Below, piece after piece: positions 36,401-45,784 of a stretch of DNA of 64,000 nt. Position 1 is the first letter of the stretch. Each line of letters starts with the position of its first letter. Made by a program: the position numbers and the translations under genes. Source of the stretch: Candidatus Micrarchaeota archaeon (lineage in GTDB: Archaea; Micrarchaeota; Micrarchaeia; Burarchaeales; JACRGF01); NCBI GenBank assembly GCA_016212395.1, contig JACRGF010000062.1, positions 5,315 through 69,314 on the forward strand, written 5' to 3'. The notes under the pieces were generated by a model. It saw only the letters and a program-made list of their open reading frames with translations, did no database searches and was not told the DNA's origin.

Positions 36401-37087
36401 GCAAACAAAGGCAAAGTGCTCATCCCAGTATTCTCAGTAGGAAGAAGCCAGGAAATAATGCTCGTGCTCGAAGAATTCGCCTCAAAACACCCTGACTTTA
36501 ATTATCCAATTTACTCAGACGGAATGATTCTAGAAGCAAGCGCAATCCACACTGCTTACCCTGAATACTTGAAGCACAACGTCCAACGCAGAGTGCTCAG
36601 CAACAACTCGCCATTCGAAAGCAAAATCTTCGAAGCAGTAAAGAAAAACAGGAAAGACATTGTAGAAGGCGACCCGTGCGTCATCATCGCACCGTCAGGC
36701 ATGATGAGCGGAGGCCCAAGCATAGAATACTTCAAAATGATGGCGGAAAACCCAAACAACCTCCTCGTATTCGTAGGGTACCAATCAGTGCTCTCAATGG
36801 GAAGAAAACTCCAGCGCGGATTAAAAGAAGTCCCAATCATGGGAGAGGACGGAAGAATAAACACGCTCAAAATCAACATGAAAATAGAAACAGTAGACGG
36901 CTTTTCCGGGCACAGCGACAGAGCGCAACTCATCAGCTTCATGAAACACATACGCCCCACGCCGGAAAGAATATTCACAGGCCACGGAGAAGAAACAAAA
37001 TGCGAAGAACTCGCACGCGTAATAAACAGGATAACACACCTCGAAACACGCGCGCCAATGAACCTTGACTCCATAAGGCTGAAATAA
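33452..37087 (+). CDS. aCPSF1 (KH-domain beta-CASP metallo-beta-lactamase RNase, FttA-type) interrupted by an intein
   Basis: N-terminal KH region ([25 protein letters not shown]). HAHLDH split from [26 protein letters not shown] by the insert. C-terminal beta-CASP (MESTYGG, FSGHSD, VFTGHGE). Confidence 0.9.
   Translation: [1211 protein letters not shown]
34229..35926 (+). mobile_element. 566-aa intein with a LAGLIDADG homing-endonuclease domain
   Basis: Starts with Cys ([19 protein letters not shown]). Block B ASPNH. LAGLIDADG motifs [10 protein letters not shown] and [11 protein letters not shown]. Ends [20 protein letters not shown]. In frame: 1698 nt. Confidence 0.85.
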
Positions 37088-37308
37088 AAAAGAAACAGAA
37101 CGAAAGCATACACTAAAAAAAGAAGCAGAAACACTTCACAACAAACAAAAAGACAAAAAAGAAACAAAAACACTCAACAGACAAAAAAAACGCGCGAAAC
37201 AAACAACGCAAAAAAACAGAAACGCTCTGCAACAAAAAAAAAACTCCAAAAAAAGAAAACACGCTCGCAAACGATTTCTCGCGTTATTCAGCCAACGCTT
37301 GCTTTTTC

Positions 37309-37974
37309 TTAAAACCCTAATTCTTCATCAACCAAAATTACCGCCATTCTTCCCTTCACGCACTCAAACTCAGTAATCAAAACCTGCCCGCACATGCGCT
37401 TGAACTCAGGAGCACAACACTTTTCCTCGTTGCACTTTCCACTGAAGCACGGAGTATTATCCCAATTCAAGCGCTTGCAATTCAAGGGAGTAGCGACAGA
37501 ACGCAAACGCTTGAACGCATCATCCAACGAACGAACGAGCTTGTTCCTGCCCACAACAACAATAGTTTTCTTCTTCGCAAAAGCAACTCCAGCAATCCTG
37601 TTACCGAAAGCAGACGCGACAAGCAACCGGCCGTCCTCAACAACAGCATTCGCTGAAGCCAGAAAATAATCAGCATTCGCACCCTCCCTGCTCAAACGAG
37701 CGCGTTCAACAGAATTCAAGGCATTATCCCTATCAAAAACAACAAGCTTTTTTTCTCCCGCGCTCTCCCTCAACCCATCAAGCACGCCGAGCTCAACGAG
37801 AGTCTGAGAACCGCTCCACCCAACACTCGAGTTGCCTTCAATCAAGGAAAAAATTTTCGCGTTCGCTTCAGCCTTGTTCGCACAGAAAAAAAACTCTATT
37901 TGCCGCTTTTCAAAAGCACAAGAAAGCTTTTCAACATCCAAACACGCCACAAAACCACCCAAACAAAACTTCAA
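37309..37974 (-). CDS. LUD-domain (LutB/LutC, DUF162-like) protein
   Basis: GANADYFLASANAVVEDGRLLVASAFGNRIAGVAFAKKKTIVVVGRNKLVRSLDDA. Cys-rich tail CFSGKCNEEKCCAPEFKRMC. Confidence 0.5.
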   Translation of the reverse strand: MKFCLGGFVACLDVEKLSCAFEKRQIEFFFCANKAEANAKIFSLIEGNSSVGWSGSQTLVELGVLDGLRESAGEKKLVVFDRDNALNSVERARLSREGANADYFLASANAVVEDGRLLVASAFGNRIAGVAFAKKKTIVVVGRNKLVRSLDDAFKRLRSVATPLNCKRLNWDNTPCFSGKCNEEKCCAPEFKRMCGQVLITEFECVKGRMAVILVDEELGF

Positions 37975-38002
37975 AACTCCAAGACTGCGAAACCACCCAA
38001 AA

Positions 38003-38797
38003 CTAATGCAAACGACTGAATATTTTGCTTTCTCCAGTTTTATAAACGATTACTGCAACAACAAGCGCAACAAAGTAGCTCGCAACAGTCCCGGCATACA
38101 AGCCAAGCGCAGGGTAAGCGAAACTGACTGCAAGCGCGAAGAAAACAAGCGGAACCAAGCCCGCGAACATGCCCTTGCTCGCGGCACGCGCGAATTTCAA
38201 GCCACTCGAACGAGCCAAAATAAGTATTGAAGAAGAAAACGCTGCAGGAAACATTGCAAACGCTCCACCCAGCAACGGACCACCTGACTTTGAAACAAAA
38301 ACAGCAAAAGCAATCACTGCACCAGCAAAAACAGCGCGGAACAACAACTGCTTGAAGCTAAAGCGAAAACGCGCCTTCTCCTCCCCAACTTTGCGGAGAA
38401 GAAAAAGCGCAACGAAAAAACACGTGAAAAACAACGCGTGCGCCAAAACAGGATCAACAAAACCGAAAGCAATGAAACCCAAAGACAAAGCAAGCCACGC
38501 GACCAACGAACAAAACAATGAAACGATAGCGCCAAGCTTTTCAGACAAGCGCACAAACAGCAAAATAAAAACAATGCACGCAACCGAACTCGCAGGAGCA
38601 AAAGAAGCAGCCTGCGCGGCAAACTCCGGAGAATGCGCCCACCCGATAAAGAAAAAACTGACAAGAGAAGTAGAAGGCAACGCGACAAGCATTCCACCCA
38701 AACGCGAGCCGAACCGCTCAGCCAACAGAGTCTGGGCGGAAACAGCAAAACCGCCTAAAACAAACGACAAAACCAAGCCAGAAACAAACACGTCCAT
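38003..38797 (-). CDS. Integral membrane protein with internal duplication, unknown function
   Basis: About 8 TM segments. The two halves share G-G-x-(A/L)-x-x-(L/F)-P-(S/A) patterns (GGMLVALPSTS, GGAFAMFPAAF). Confidence 0.5.
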   Translation of the reverse strand: MDVFVSGLVLSFVLGGFAVSAQTLLAERFGSRLGGMLVALPSTSLVSFFFIGWAHSPEFAAQAASFAPASSVACIVFILLFVRLSEKLGAIVSLFCSLVAWLALSLGFIAFGFVDPVLAHALFFTCFFVALFLLRKVGEEKARFRFSFKQLLFRAVFAGAVIAFAVFVSKSGGPLLGGAFAMFPAAFSSSILILARSSGLKFARAASKGMFAGLVPLVFFALAVSFAYPALGLYAGTVASYFVALVVAVIVYKTGESKIFSRLH

Positions 38798-38845
38798 GAC
38801 GGTTTAATAAGAGTTTGGCTTTAAAATAATGAGTGGTAGAGAAAA

Positions 38846-39280
38846 ATGAAAGACGAATGCAAAACAAAAGGAGAATGCATATTCTGCAAAATAATAAAAA
38901 AAGAAATTCCGGCAAACATAGTCTTCGAAAACGAGCACGCGCTCTCATTCCTCGACATAAACCCGGCAAACAAAGGCCACGCGCTCATAATACCGAAAAA
39001 ACACGCAGAAACAACGCTCGACTTGAACGAAAAAGAACTCAAAGAACTAGTAGTAGTAGTCCTGAAAGTCGCGAAAGCAGTCAAAAAAACAACAGGAAGC
39101 CAAGCATTCAACATAATACAAAACGACGGAAAACTCGCAGGACAACTCGTAATGCACGCGCACTTCCACATAGTGCCAAGATTCGAAAACGACGGCCTCG
39201 ACTACAGGACGAAAAGAACGCAGTACGCGCACGGAGAAGCAAGCGAACTCGCAAAACAAATAAACAAAGCAATAGAATAG
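38846..39280 (+). CDS. HIT-family (histidine triad) hydrolase
   Basis: CIFCKII, NPANKGHALIIPKKH, HAHFHIVPR triad. Confidence 0.85.
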   Translation: MKDECKTKGECIFCKIIKKEIPANIVFENEHALSFLDINPANKGHALIIPKKHAETTLDLNEKELKELVVVVLKVAKAVKKTTGSQAFNIIQNDGKLAGQLVMHAHFHIVPRFENDGLDYRTKRTQYAHGEASELAKQINKAIE

Positions 39281-39287
39281 CATTTAC

Positions 39288-39522
39288 GCCTCCATAGTAT
39301 AGTTTGGATAGAATGCGGGCCTCCGGTGACTTTTTTTCTTTCTTTTCGAGCAACAAAAACGTTTCGACGTTTTTGTGCTCCACAAAACGCTTTGCGTTTT
39401 GTCGGACGAACCGAAAATAAAGAAAAAACCTCAACTAAAAAAGAAAGAAAAAGTAAATGAAAAGAAAAAAAAAAGAAAGTTGGGGAAAGCCTGAGACAGG
39501 GGTTCAAATCCCCTTGGAGGCG
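39288..39522 (+). tRNA. tRNA-Arg (CCG) with a ~161-nt intron after position 37
   Basis: Acceptor GCCTCCA/TGGAGGC. Anticodon stem CGGGC/GCCTG. Loop CTCCGG with CCG at 39323-39325. T-arm AGGGG-TTCAAAT-CCCCT. Discriminator G. The D-stem is weak (A12/A23 mismatch). Intron about 39327-39487. Confidence 0.7.
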
Positions 39523-39530
39523 TTTCAAAC

Positions 39531-40229
39531 TTATTTTTTCAAAAGCGCTATCGTCGTGATTATTGCCACAGTGATTATTCCAAGCAACGCTGAAACAAGC
39601 ACGACCATGTACTCAGTCGGAATAACTCCAGTCAAAGAAGCGGAATTTGCAGTAGTGAGCTTCAACGGCTTTGCTGAAAGCGACGCGACAGCCAACTGGC
39701 TTGCCTGAGCGAAATCGTTCTTCCCGAAAGCAGCAACAGCCTGCGAAAGCTGGTTTTCAACACCAGACGCATCCTCGCCAGCCTCCTTCTTCGCAGTTAA
39801 CTCTGCTTCAGCATTCTTGATAAGCTTGGAAGCAAGCGCTGAACTCGGAGCAGAAAGCGTTTCAACTGAAAGCAACTGCTGCTCCCCAGAAGCAGGATTG
39901 TAGCTCGGCGCAGAGCAAACACACTTCCAATAATGAAGCCCGCTCTTCACGTTGCCTAAAACAACAGAATTCCTCTCGCCACTCACGTCAAAAGACTTGC
40001 CGTCCAAAACCAGCGCACAATCAGCGTTTTGAATGCGCGCTCCACTCGCTTGAGAGTAATAATCGCAATAAAAAGCAACAGGCTCACCCGCAAGAACAGG
40101 CGACGCCGGAGAAGTGGACTGCTCCACGAAAGACTGCCCAGGAATAACATTCACGGTGACAGACACTTGCGCGAAAGAAAACAAAGAAAACACTAACAAC
40201 AAAGCCAAAAGTTTGAGTGGGGTCGACAT
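39531..40229 (-). CDS. Secreted protein with C-terminal membrane anchor, unknown function
   Basis: N-terminal signal-like LKLLALLLVFSLFSFAQV. C-terminal TM VVLVSALLGIITVAIITTIALLKK. Confidence 0.55.
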   Translation of the reverse strand: MSTPLKLLALLLVFSLFSFAQVSVTVNVIPGQSFVEQSTSPASPVLAGEPVAFYCDYYSQASGARIQNADCALVLDGKSFDVSGERNSVVLGNVKSGLHYWKCVCSAPSYNPASGEQQLLSVETLSAPSSALASKLIKNAEAELTAKKEAGEDASGVENQLSQAVAAFGKNDFAQASQLAVASLSAKPLKLTTANSASLTGVIPTEYMVVLVSALLGIITVAIITTIALLKK

Positions 40230-40361
40230 AAGCTACATTAAATCATTCCGTATTTAAAAATATAACGGAACAGCAAAAACAAAGGCAAACGCACAAAAAC
40301 AAAAAAAAGAAAAGCAACAACGCTCGCTACAACTGAAATACAGCCGTTAATCGTGATTTTT

Positions 40362-41168
40362 ATGAAGAAAGTAAAACAATTCTACGAAGAATATCCCTAC
40401 CCGCTTCTGCCAATAGAAAAGAAAAGCGACTTGACAGGAAAAATGCACGCGAACGTCATGCGAAACATCCTCGAAACCGCGAAACTCGACACTCCTAAAC
40501 TCCGAGACAAGCACATTCTCGACGCAGGATGCGGGACAGGAGAGAAAGCACTCTACTTCGCTTTGCACGGAGCAAAAGTGAAAGCATTCGACTTTTCAAG
40601 CGCTTCAATCGAAAGAGCAAAAGCAAACGCGAAGAAATTCAAATTGAAAATAGATTTTGAATGCGCTGATTTTGAAGAGTGGAATGAGGAAAAAAAGTTT
40701 GACCACGTTTTCTGCCTCGGAGTGCTCCACCACACTGAAAAACCAAGGGAGTACTTCTCGAAGCTGTGCAGGAGAGTAAAGAAGGGAGGAACAATCACAA
40801 TAGGCTTGTACAACTTCTGGGGGAGAATGCAGCACCGCATTCACAGGAAAATAATCCAATTCCTCAGCGGGGAAAGCTCTAGGAAAAAAATGGATTACGT
40901 GAGCGAAAAAATTTACAAGAGAGAATTCAGCTCTCTGCACGAGACGGCGTTCGTCGCAGACAAGTACGCAAACCCGCACGAAAGCTACCACACGCTCGAG
41001 CAGACTGCGAGGTGGCTTGAAGAAGAAGGGTTTGAAGCAATAGGAGTTTACCCGAAAACGAAAGGAAGCAAGCTGTTCACGCAACTCAAGTGGCTGTTCA
41101 AAAAAAACGGGTTCTACATCGCAAGCGGAAGAAAAAAACGAGCGCGCCAAGGACGCGAAAGTTATTAA
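40362..41168 (+). CDS. Class I SAM-dependent methyltransferase
   Basis: ILDAGCGTGEKALYFALHGAKVKAFDFS (motif I), VFCLGVLHH. Confidence 0.8.
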   Translation: MKKVKQFYEEYPYPLLPIEKKSDLTGKMHANVMRNILETAKLDTPKLRDKHILDAGCGTGEKALYFALHGAKVKAFDFSSASIERAKANAKKFKLKIDFECADFEEWNEEKKFDHVFCLGVLHHTEKPREYFSKLCRRVKKGGTITIGLYNFWGRMQHRIHRKIIQFLSGESSRKKMDYVSEKIYKREFSSLHETAFVADKYANPHESYHTLEQTARWLEEEGFEAIGVYPKTKGSKLFTQLKWLFKKNGFYIASGRKKRARQGRESY

Positions 41169-41244
41169 ACTAAAAAACAACGTCGGTACCGACGGAGTGT
41201 TTATAAATGTTTTACTGCAAAGAAGTTTTTCAGAGGTGATTTTT

Positions 41245-41460
41245 GTGGGCCAGAGAATTGGAAAAGAAAAAGTCTCCCGTGAAGACGGGTATCTCTATTT
41301 TGTTGGGAAGGACGGCTGCGTATGGAGAGCGCCGATGAAGAACAACAAGAAGGGAAGCAAGAAAAAAGTCGGAACTGAGAAAATCAGCAAAGAATCCGGC
41401 TACATGTACTATGTCGACAAGGCAGGGTACGTTGCAAAAGCGAAACTGAAGAACGCATAA
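41245..41460 (+). CDS. Small basic protein with two internal repeats
   Basis: GKEKVSREDGYLYFVGKDGCVWRA and GTEKISKESGYMYYVDKAGYVAKA. GTG at 41245 follows agaggtga. Confidence 0.5.
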   Translation: MGQRIGKEKVSREDGYLYFVGKDGCVWRAPMKNNKKGSKKKVGTEKISKESGYMYYVDKAGYVAKAKLKNA

Positions 41461-41622
41461 AGTGTATTCTTCAAATTTCTCTTTTTTTCCCTTTTTTCAT
41501 TTTTTTATCCCTCTTTCTCAGTTGTTTTCCTGTTCGCCCGCTGTTTTCAGCCTGCAGGCAAGCCTTAAATACAGGTTTTTGCATAATGTATTCATATAGG
41601 CTGAGTTGAAAGGGTTGAGTTT

Positions 41623-42522
41623 ATGAACAGGCACATGATGAAGGTATCAACACGAGGGCAGGGAGGCGTTCGCGAGAAGGACGTTGGCAGAAGGCATTAC
41701 GCTGGAGAATTTGCATTGCGCGTTTTCACTATGGCAGGCAGGCAGGAAAATAGCGCGTTGTGGGGCTTGTTTTCAGAGAAGAATGAGGAGTTGATCGGCG
41801 CGATTGCAAAGGCTGGAAACTGCAAGTCTAAGAAAGCAGTTCCAATACTGCACGGGTTGCTTTTTCACGAGAAGACGAGCATCAGGATTTTAACAGCAAC
41901 AACTCTCGCAGGCATTGGAGAGCCGAGTTCAACGTTTTTCTTATTGCGCGCGCTTTTATTAGACAACGACGTGCAGGTGAAGCGCGAGATTGCACGCATT
42001 GTTGGCGAGTTTTCGGAAAAGCTTAAAGAACAAGAGAAACGCACGATTTCAGAAGATGCGGCGAAACAGCGTGAAGAGCGGGAGAGATTAATGGCACTGT
42101 TGGCTAAATCGCAAGGCACGCAAGTCGTGATTGGAGTTGAAAACGCTGCGACATTGAATTACAGGGATTTCGTGGTGGCGCGCTTGTGGGGAATAATTAA
42201 AGACACGAACGAGGACAAGTTCGTGCGCATGTATGCAATGAACTCGCTTGAAAAGTTCGCAGTGCATAGTAGGCTTGGAAGCACGCCCGCGATGGGAATA
42301 GCGGGAATAGCGTGCATTATTGCTGCAGGCATAGCAAATAACGCGAGCGACGAGTTCGAAGTCAGGGTGAGGGCAGTAGAGTTTCTTTCAACGTTTAAGG
42401 AAGGGTTTGGAAAAGAAGGGTTGGAACAACTCGCCAGCAAGCGCGACACTGCTGGCTTGAATTCAGAAGAAAGGCAACTCTGCAATTTCGCGTGGAACAG
42501 TTTAGGCGTACAGGGCAGTTGA
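41623..42522 (+). CDS. HEAT/PBS-lyase-like repeat protein
   Basis: KAVPILHGLLFHEKTSIRILTATTLAGIGEPSSTFFLLRALLLDNDVQVKREIARIVG. Further helical repeats follow. Confidence 0.55.
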   Translation: MNRHMMKVSTRGQGGVREKDVGRRHYAGEFALRVFTMAGRQENSALWGLFSEKNEELIGAIAKAGNCKSKKAVPILHGLLFHEKTSIRILTATTLAGIGEPSSTFFLLRALLLDNDVQVKREIARIVGEFSEKLKEQEKRTISEDAAKQREERERLMALLAKSQGTQVVIGVENAATLNYRDFVVARLWGIIKDTNEDKFVRMYAMNSLEKFAVHSRLGSTPAMGIAGIACIIAAGIANNASDEFEVRVRAVEFLSTFKEGFGKEGLEQLASKRDTAGLNSEERQLCNFAWNSLGVQGS

Positions 42523-42617
42523 TGCTTGCAAGAGGGGAATTGCATGGCGTGGGAAAAAAACAAGGAGCATAGCGAAAAGCAAGGCACTCGCGCGGAAAGG
42601 AGGAGGGGACGCGCGTG

Positions 42618-45143
42618 ATGGGCGTGACTATCAACGCTCGGCTGCCTGAACAGCATGCTTACACTGTAAACTATGCCGCGACGAACGCGCGAAGGGAGCA
42701 GTTGAAGCGGCTTGCAGTATTGCGCGCAGTAGTAGATAGTTTGAGCGAAAAAGACTTGCCTGTTGGCGCGTATAAAGTCAAGTTGGCCCCGCGCTCGCGC
42801 GTTCAAGTAAAAGGCCCTCACGAAGACTTGCTGAGGTTCAGGGTGAAAAGCCCCGGCTTTCTTGTTTATTCATTGAAAACAACAGGTTCAGGCGCAGTAA
42901 AAAGCATGAGAAAATACGGCAAGGCAACAGTCGTAAGAGACCAGGAAGTAGTGTCAGGCTACAGTTTTTTGAAAGAATTAATAAAGACGGATGAAACAGT
43001 AAAAAAATTGCGCAGTACTGCACAAAGTGAAGCAGTGAAAACGCAAGCAGAGTTGATGGAGAGCGTAGTCGCTGCTTTTAAGGAAAAACACGCTTTGCGG
43101 GCGCTCGTCTTGTCGTTCATAGAACAAACGCATTCTACACGCTATTCCAGAGACTTGTTTCTAAGGCTCTTGAGAGACATAAACGGGATTATAGGGCAGA
43201 TTAGAAAAATGAATTTCTCGCGTGGCGAGAGCTACGATTTCGGGGCGAATGCAAACAAGTTTGCCGGAAACTCTTGGCCTGTTTCAGTAGAAGAAGCAAA
43301 GACTCTCATAAGCGCGTGCACGCTTGAAGCAAAACAACGCTTGAAGCAGGCGACAAGAGAGTATTTGAGCTTGGAGAGAAGGCATCTGGAAGTCGGCGCG
43401 CTGGAGTACCAGATGACGGAAAGCGTTCTCGATGCAGTGCGCGGGCTTGAAGCAGCATTGAAGCTGATCGGGCAACAGCAGGACAATATACACCAAGAGG
43501 CTATTGAACGCAATGCGCTTCGCGCGTGGGAAAAGTTTTCCAGGTTGTGCGACGCAGTAGTGACTATGGAAAAAAACCTGCGCGTGCTGAAAGGAAGGAA
43601 AATCGAATCGTTTGAAGACGGGTTCGTTGCATTATGCCAAGTCGCAGAATTTCGCGCGACGATATTGAAGCTTATCTACGAAACGTGCAATGATTTGAAG
43701 CGATGCTTTCCCGACGCTCCAACCGCACACGTTACGACTCCGCTAGAAAAAGTCTTCTTCGAACTCGTGCGCACGGACGCGAGCAAAGAAAACGTGTTTT
43801 GGAGCGCTTTAGTGAAAGAAGTTGGCGAGAGCGTGAAAAGCACGAGAAAAGACAAGAGCCCAGAGAAAAAAGAACAGAGAAAACAATGGGAAACGACAAA
43901 AAAGAATGTAGAAGCGTACATGAGGCACTTGACGGAATTGACGAAGCTTGAAGGCGAGCGAAAAAAAGCACTGCAGACAATAGAAGACGCTGAAGACGCG
44001 TACAAGAAAGAAAAATCCGACGCAGAAGCGCGATTGCGCGACAAGATAAGGGAGCTTGCGGATATCGCGCCAATAGAAGCAGACGCGATAAGCGCAGGCC
44101 ACGACGCGATCAAAGCGCACGTCAGGTACAGGCTCGGCGACTGGATGCACGACGCAGACAATTACTTGACCGGAGAAAAACTCGTGGAAGCAATGCGCAG
44201 GAGAATATTCTCGAGCCGCCTTGAAGCACAAAACGCAAAGCCAATAGTTGTCTACGGAAAACAGTTAAGCGAATACGAAAGCCAATTCGAAAAGTGGGCA
44301 AAAAAATTCATAGAAATTAACGAAAGGATATTCGAAGCGTGCGGAAAACTCGGAGTTGCAAACAAAGACGTGGCGAGGCAAGTCGAGAGAGTAGGGTTTC
44401 TTGAAGCAAACGAGCACGACATGCAATTGAACAGCAAAAGCATAGACCGGCTTTTGAAAAGCGGTTCAAGCGGAAAAACCCTGGCGTTCACTTACGAAGA
44501 GCGCGTCGAAGAAAACGAGTTGGTAATAATGCTTGAAAACACTGACGCAAAAATTGGAGAGTTGGAAGTACGGATACCGCGCGCAGTGCTGAGAGAAGAC
44601 GATTTCATAGGAGAAAGAGAAGACATTGAAAGAGCAGTCGGAGAACGGTTTGATACGGACAGTGCAGTCATGCACGCGATAGAATGGCTTGAAAAAGAGG
44701 ATGCGCAGCAAGAGGCAAACGCGCGAGCGAAATTAGCAGAGTACGAAGAAGGCAAAATGAGCGCAGGCTACTGGGCAGTTGCAACCTACCTGGCGCGAAC
44801 TCTTGAAAAACACGTTGAGGACGAAGTGAACACGCAAAGCCCGCACACCTCATTATACCACGCAGGCTACTGCCGGCAACAACCACTCGAAGGCGTTGTT
44901 TACGTGCACCAAGGAACGAAATACGAAAACACGCCGAAACTCTTAGGCAACATGGGCGAAAATAGTTTTAGAACGCATATCGAACAAAAACTCGGAACCA
45001 ACTATACTGCGATTTTGAAAAGAGAACGCGCATTCAGGGAACGGCACGCGATGCACGCAATGGCAGATGAAATGCACGTACTCACGCCGTACATTGTTTT
45101 AAGAGAAATAACCGCGCTTGCAGAACAGCTGGCAAAAGCATAG
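42618..45143 (+). CDS. 841-aa (842-aa track ORF) helical hypothetical protein
   Basis: Long uninterrupted ORF, no motif recognised. Charged coiled-coil-like middle (KKEQRKQWETTKKNVEAYMRHLTELTKLEGERKKALQTIEDAEDAYKKEK). ggaggagggg SD. Confidence 0.6.
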   Translation: MGVTINARLPEQHAYTVNYAATNARREQLKRLAVLRAVVDSLSEKDLPVGAYKVKLAPRSRVQVKGPHEDLLRFRVKSPGFLVYSLKTTGSGAVKSMRKYGKATVVRDQEVVSGYSFLKELIKTDETVKKLRSTAQSEAVKTQAELMESVVAAFKEKHALRALVLSFIEQTHSTRYSRDLFLRLLRDINGIIGQIRKMNFSRGESYDFGANANKFAGNSWPVSVEEAKTLISACTLEAKQRLKQATREYLSLERRHLEVGALEYQMTESVLDAVRGLEAALKLIGQQQDNIHQEAIERNALRAWEKFSRLCDAVVTMEKNLRVLKGRKIESFEDGFVALCQVAEFRATILKLIYETCNDLKRCFPDAPTAHVTTPLEKVFFELVRTDASKENVFWSALVKEVGESVKSTRKDKSPEKKEQRKQWETTKKNVEAYMRHLTELTKLEGERKKALQTIEDAEDAYKKEKSDAEARLRDKIRELADIAPIEADAISAGHDAIKAHVRYRLGDWMHDADNYLTGEKLVEAMRRRIFSSRLEAQNAKPIVVYGKQLSEYESQFEKWAKKFIEINERIFEACGKLGVANKDVARQVERVGFLEANEHDMQLNSKSIDRLLKSGSSGKTLAFTYEERVEENELVIMLENTDAKIGELEVRIPRAVLREDDFIGEREDIERAVGERFDTDSAVMHAIEWLEKEDAQQEANARAKLAEYEEGKMSAGYWAVATYLARTLEKHVEDEVNTQSPHTSLYHAGYCRQQPLEGVVYVHQGTKYENTPKLLGNMGENSFRTHIEQKLGTNYTAILKRERAFRERHAMHAMADEMHVLTPYIVLREITALAEQLAKA

Positions 45144-45192
45144 GCGGAAATGAGAACAACAATTAAATGGTTTACCGTATCAATATGTGAGC

Positions 45193-45690
45193 ATGAGTGA
45201 TGAAACTGTTTCTGGAAAGAAAGCGATTGCTTCGCGTGGAATTCCGTCGAGCGAAGCACTTTACCTGCCGAGGCATGACTCGGATGAGTTGAGAAAATTT
45301 CAAGAGCAGGACGAGAGCGCTACGCGCAACGCTTGGAGCCTCGAGGAAGTCGTCAACTTTGTTTTCCCGAAGAAATACCAGTTGAAGTACAACGAGGCAG
45401 CAGTCGCGTTCACGCAATTGCTGAAGGAAAAACTTGTTTTGAACGGGAGCGACATCAACGAATTCGTGTCAACGAAAGGCATTTCGAAAGCAACGTTCTA
45501 CAACCGCGTGCTTCCGCGCTTGAAGCGAGTGGGAATGGTGAAAGTAGAGCGCGAAACACTCGTTGCACTTGAAAGCAAGCGCAAGTACAGGCCAATGCGC
45601 ATCTCGCTCTCGAAAACATTCGGAAACTACTTGACGAAAATAGGAGACTCGTGGCTCGCGCTCGTGGACGACGCGAGAAGCAGAAAATAG
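45193..45690 (+). CDS. Hypothetical protein with a probable winged-helix segment
   Basis: GISKATFYNRVLPRLKRVGMVKVERE. Confidence 0.5.
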   Translation: MSDETVSGKKAIASRGIPSSEALYLPRHDSDELRKFQEQDESATRNAWSLEEVVNFVFPKKYQLKYNEAAVAFTQLLKEKLVLNGSDINEFVSTKGISKATFYNRVLPRLKRVGMVKVERETLVALESKRKYRPMRISLSKTFGNYLTKIGDSWLALVDDARSRK

Positions 45691-45784
45691 CCAAAAACCT
45701 TCAAAAAACCCGAATTAGAAAGATATAAATATGGAGTTGACGGATAATCGTCTCGTGGGAGAAGGCAGGAATGGGTGAAAGCAG

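Noticed and set aside
37088-37308. 220-nt A-rich tract between convergent aCPSF1 and LUD genes as a repeat array
   Set aside because: It is compositionally biased (T-rich on the minus strand downstream of the LUD gene), but I could not define a repeating unit. It is treated as a plain convergent terminator region.
38833-39297. 154-aa ORF overlapping the HIT gene in another frame
   Set aside because: The 38846..39280 frame carries the HIT triad HAHFHIVPR. The alternative frame is an Arg/Lys-rich low-complexity string.
39202-39528. ORFs of 83-108 aa overlapping the tRNA-Arg region on both strands
   Set aside because: They are artefacts of the long A/G- and T/C-rich intron. The cloverleaf exons explain the locus.
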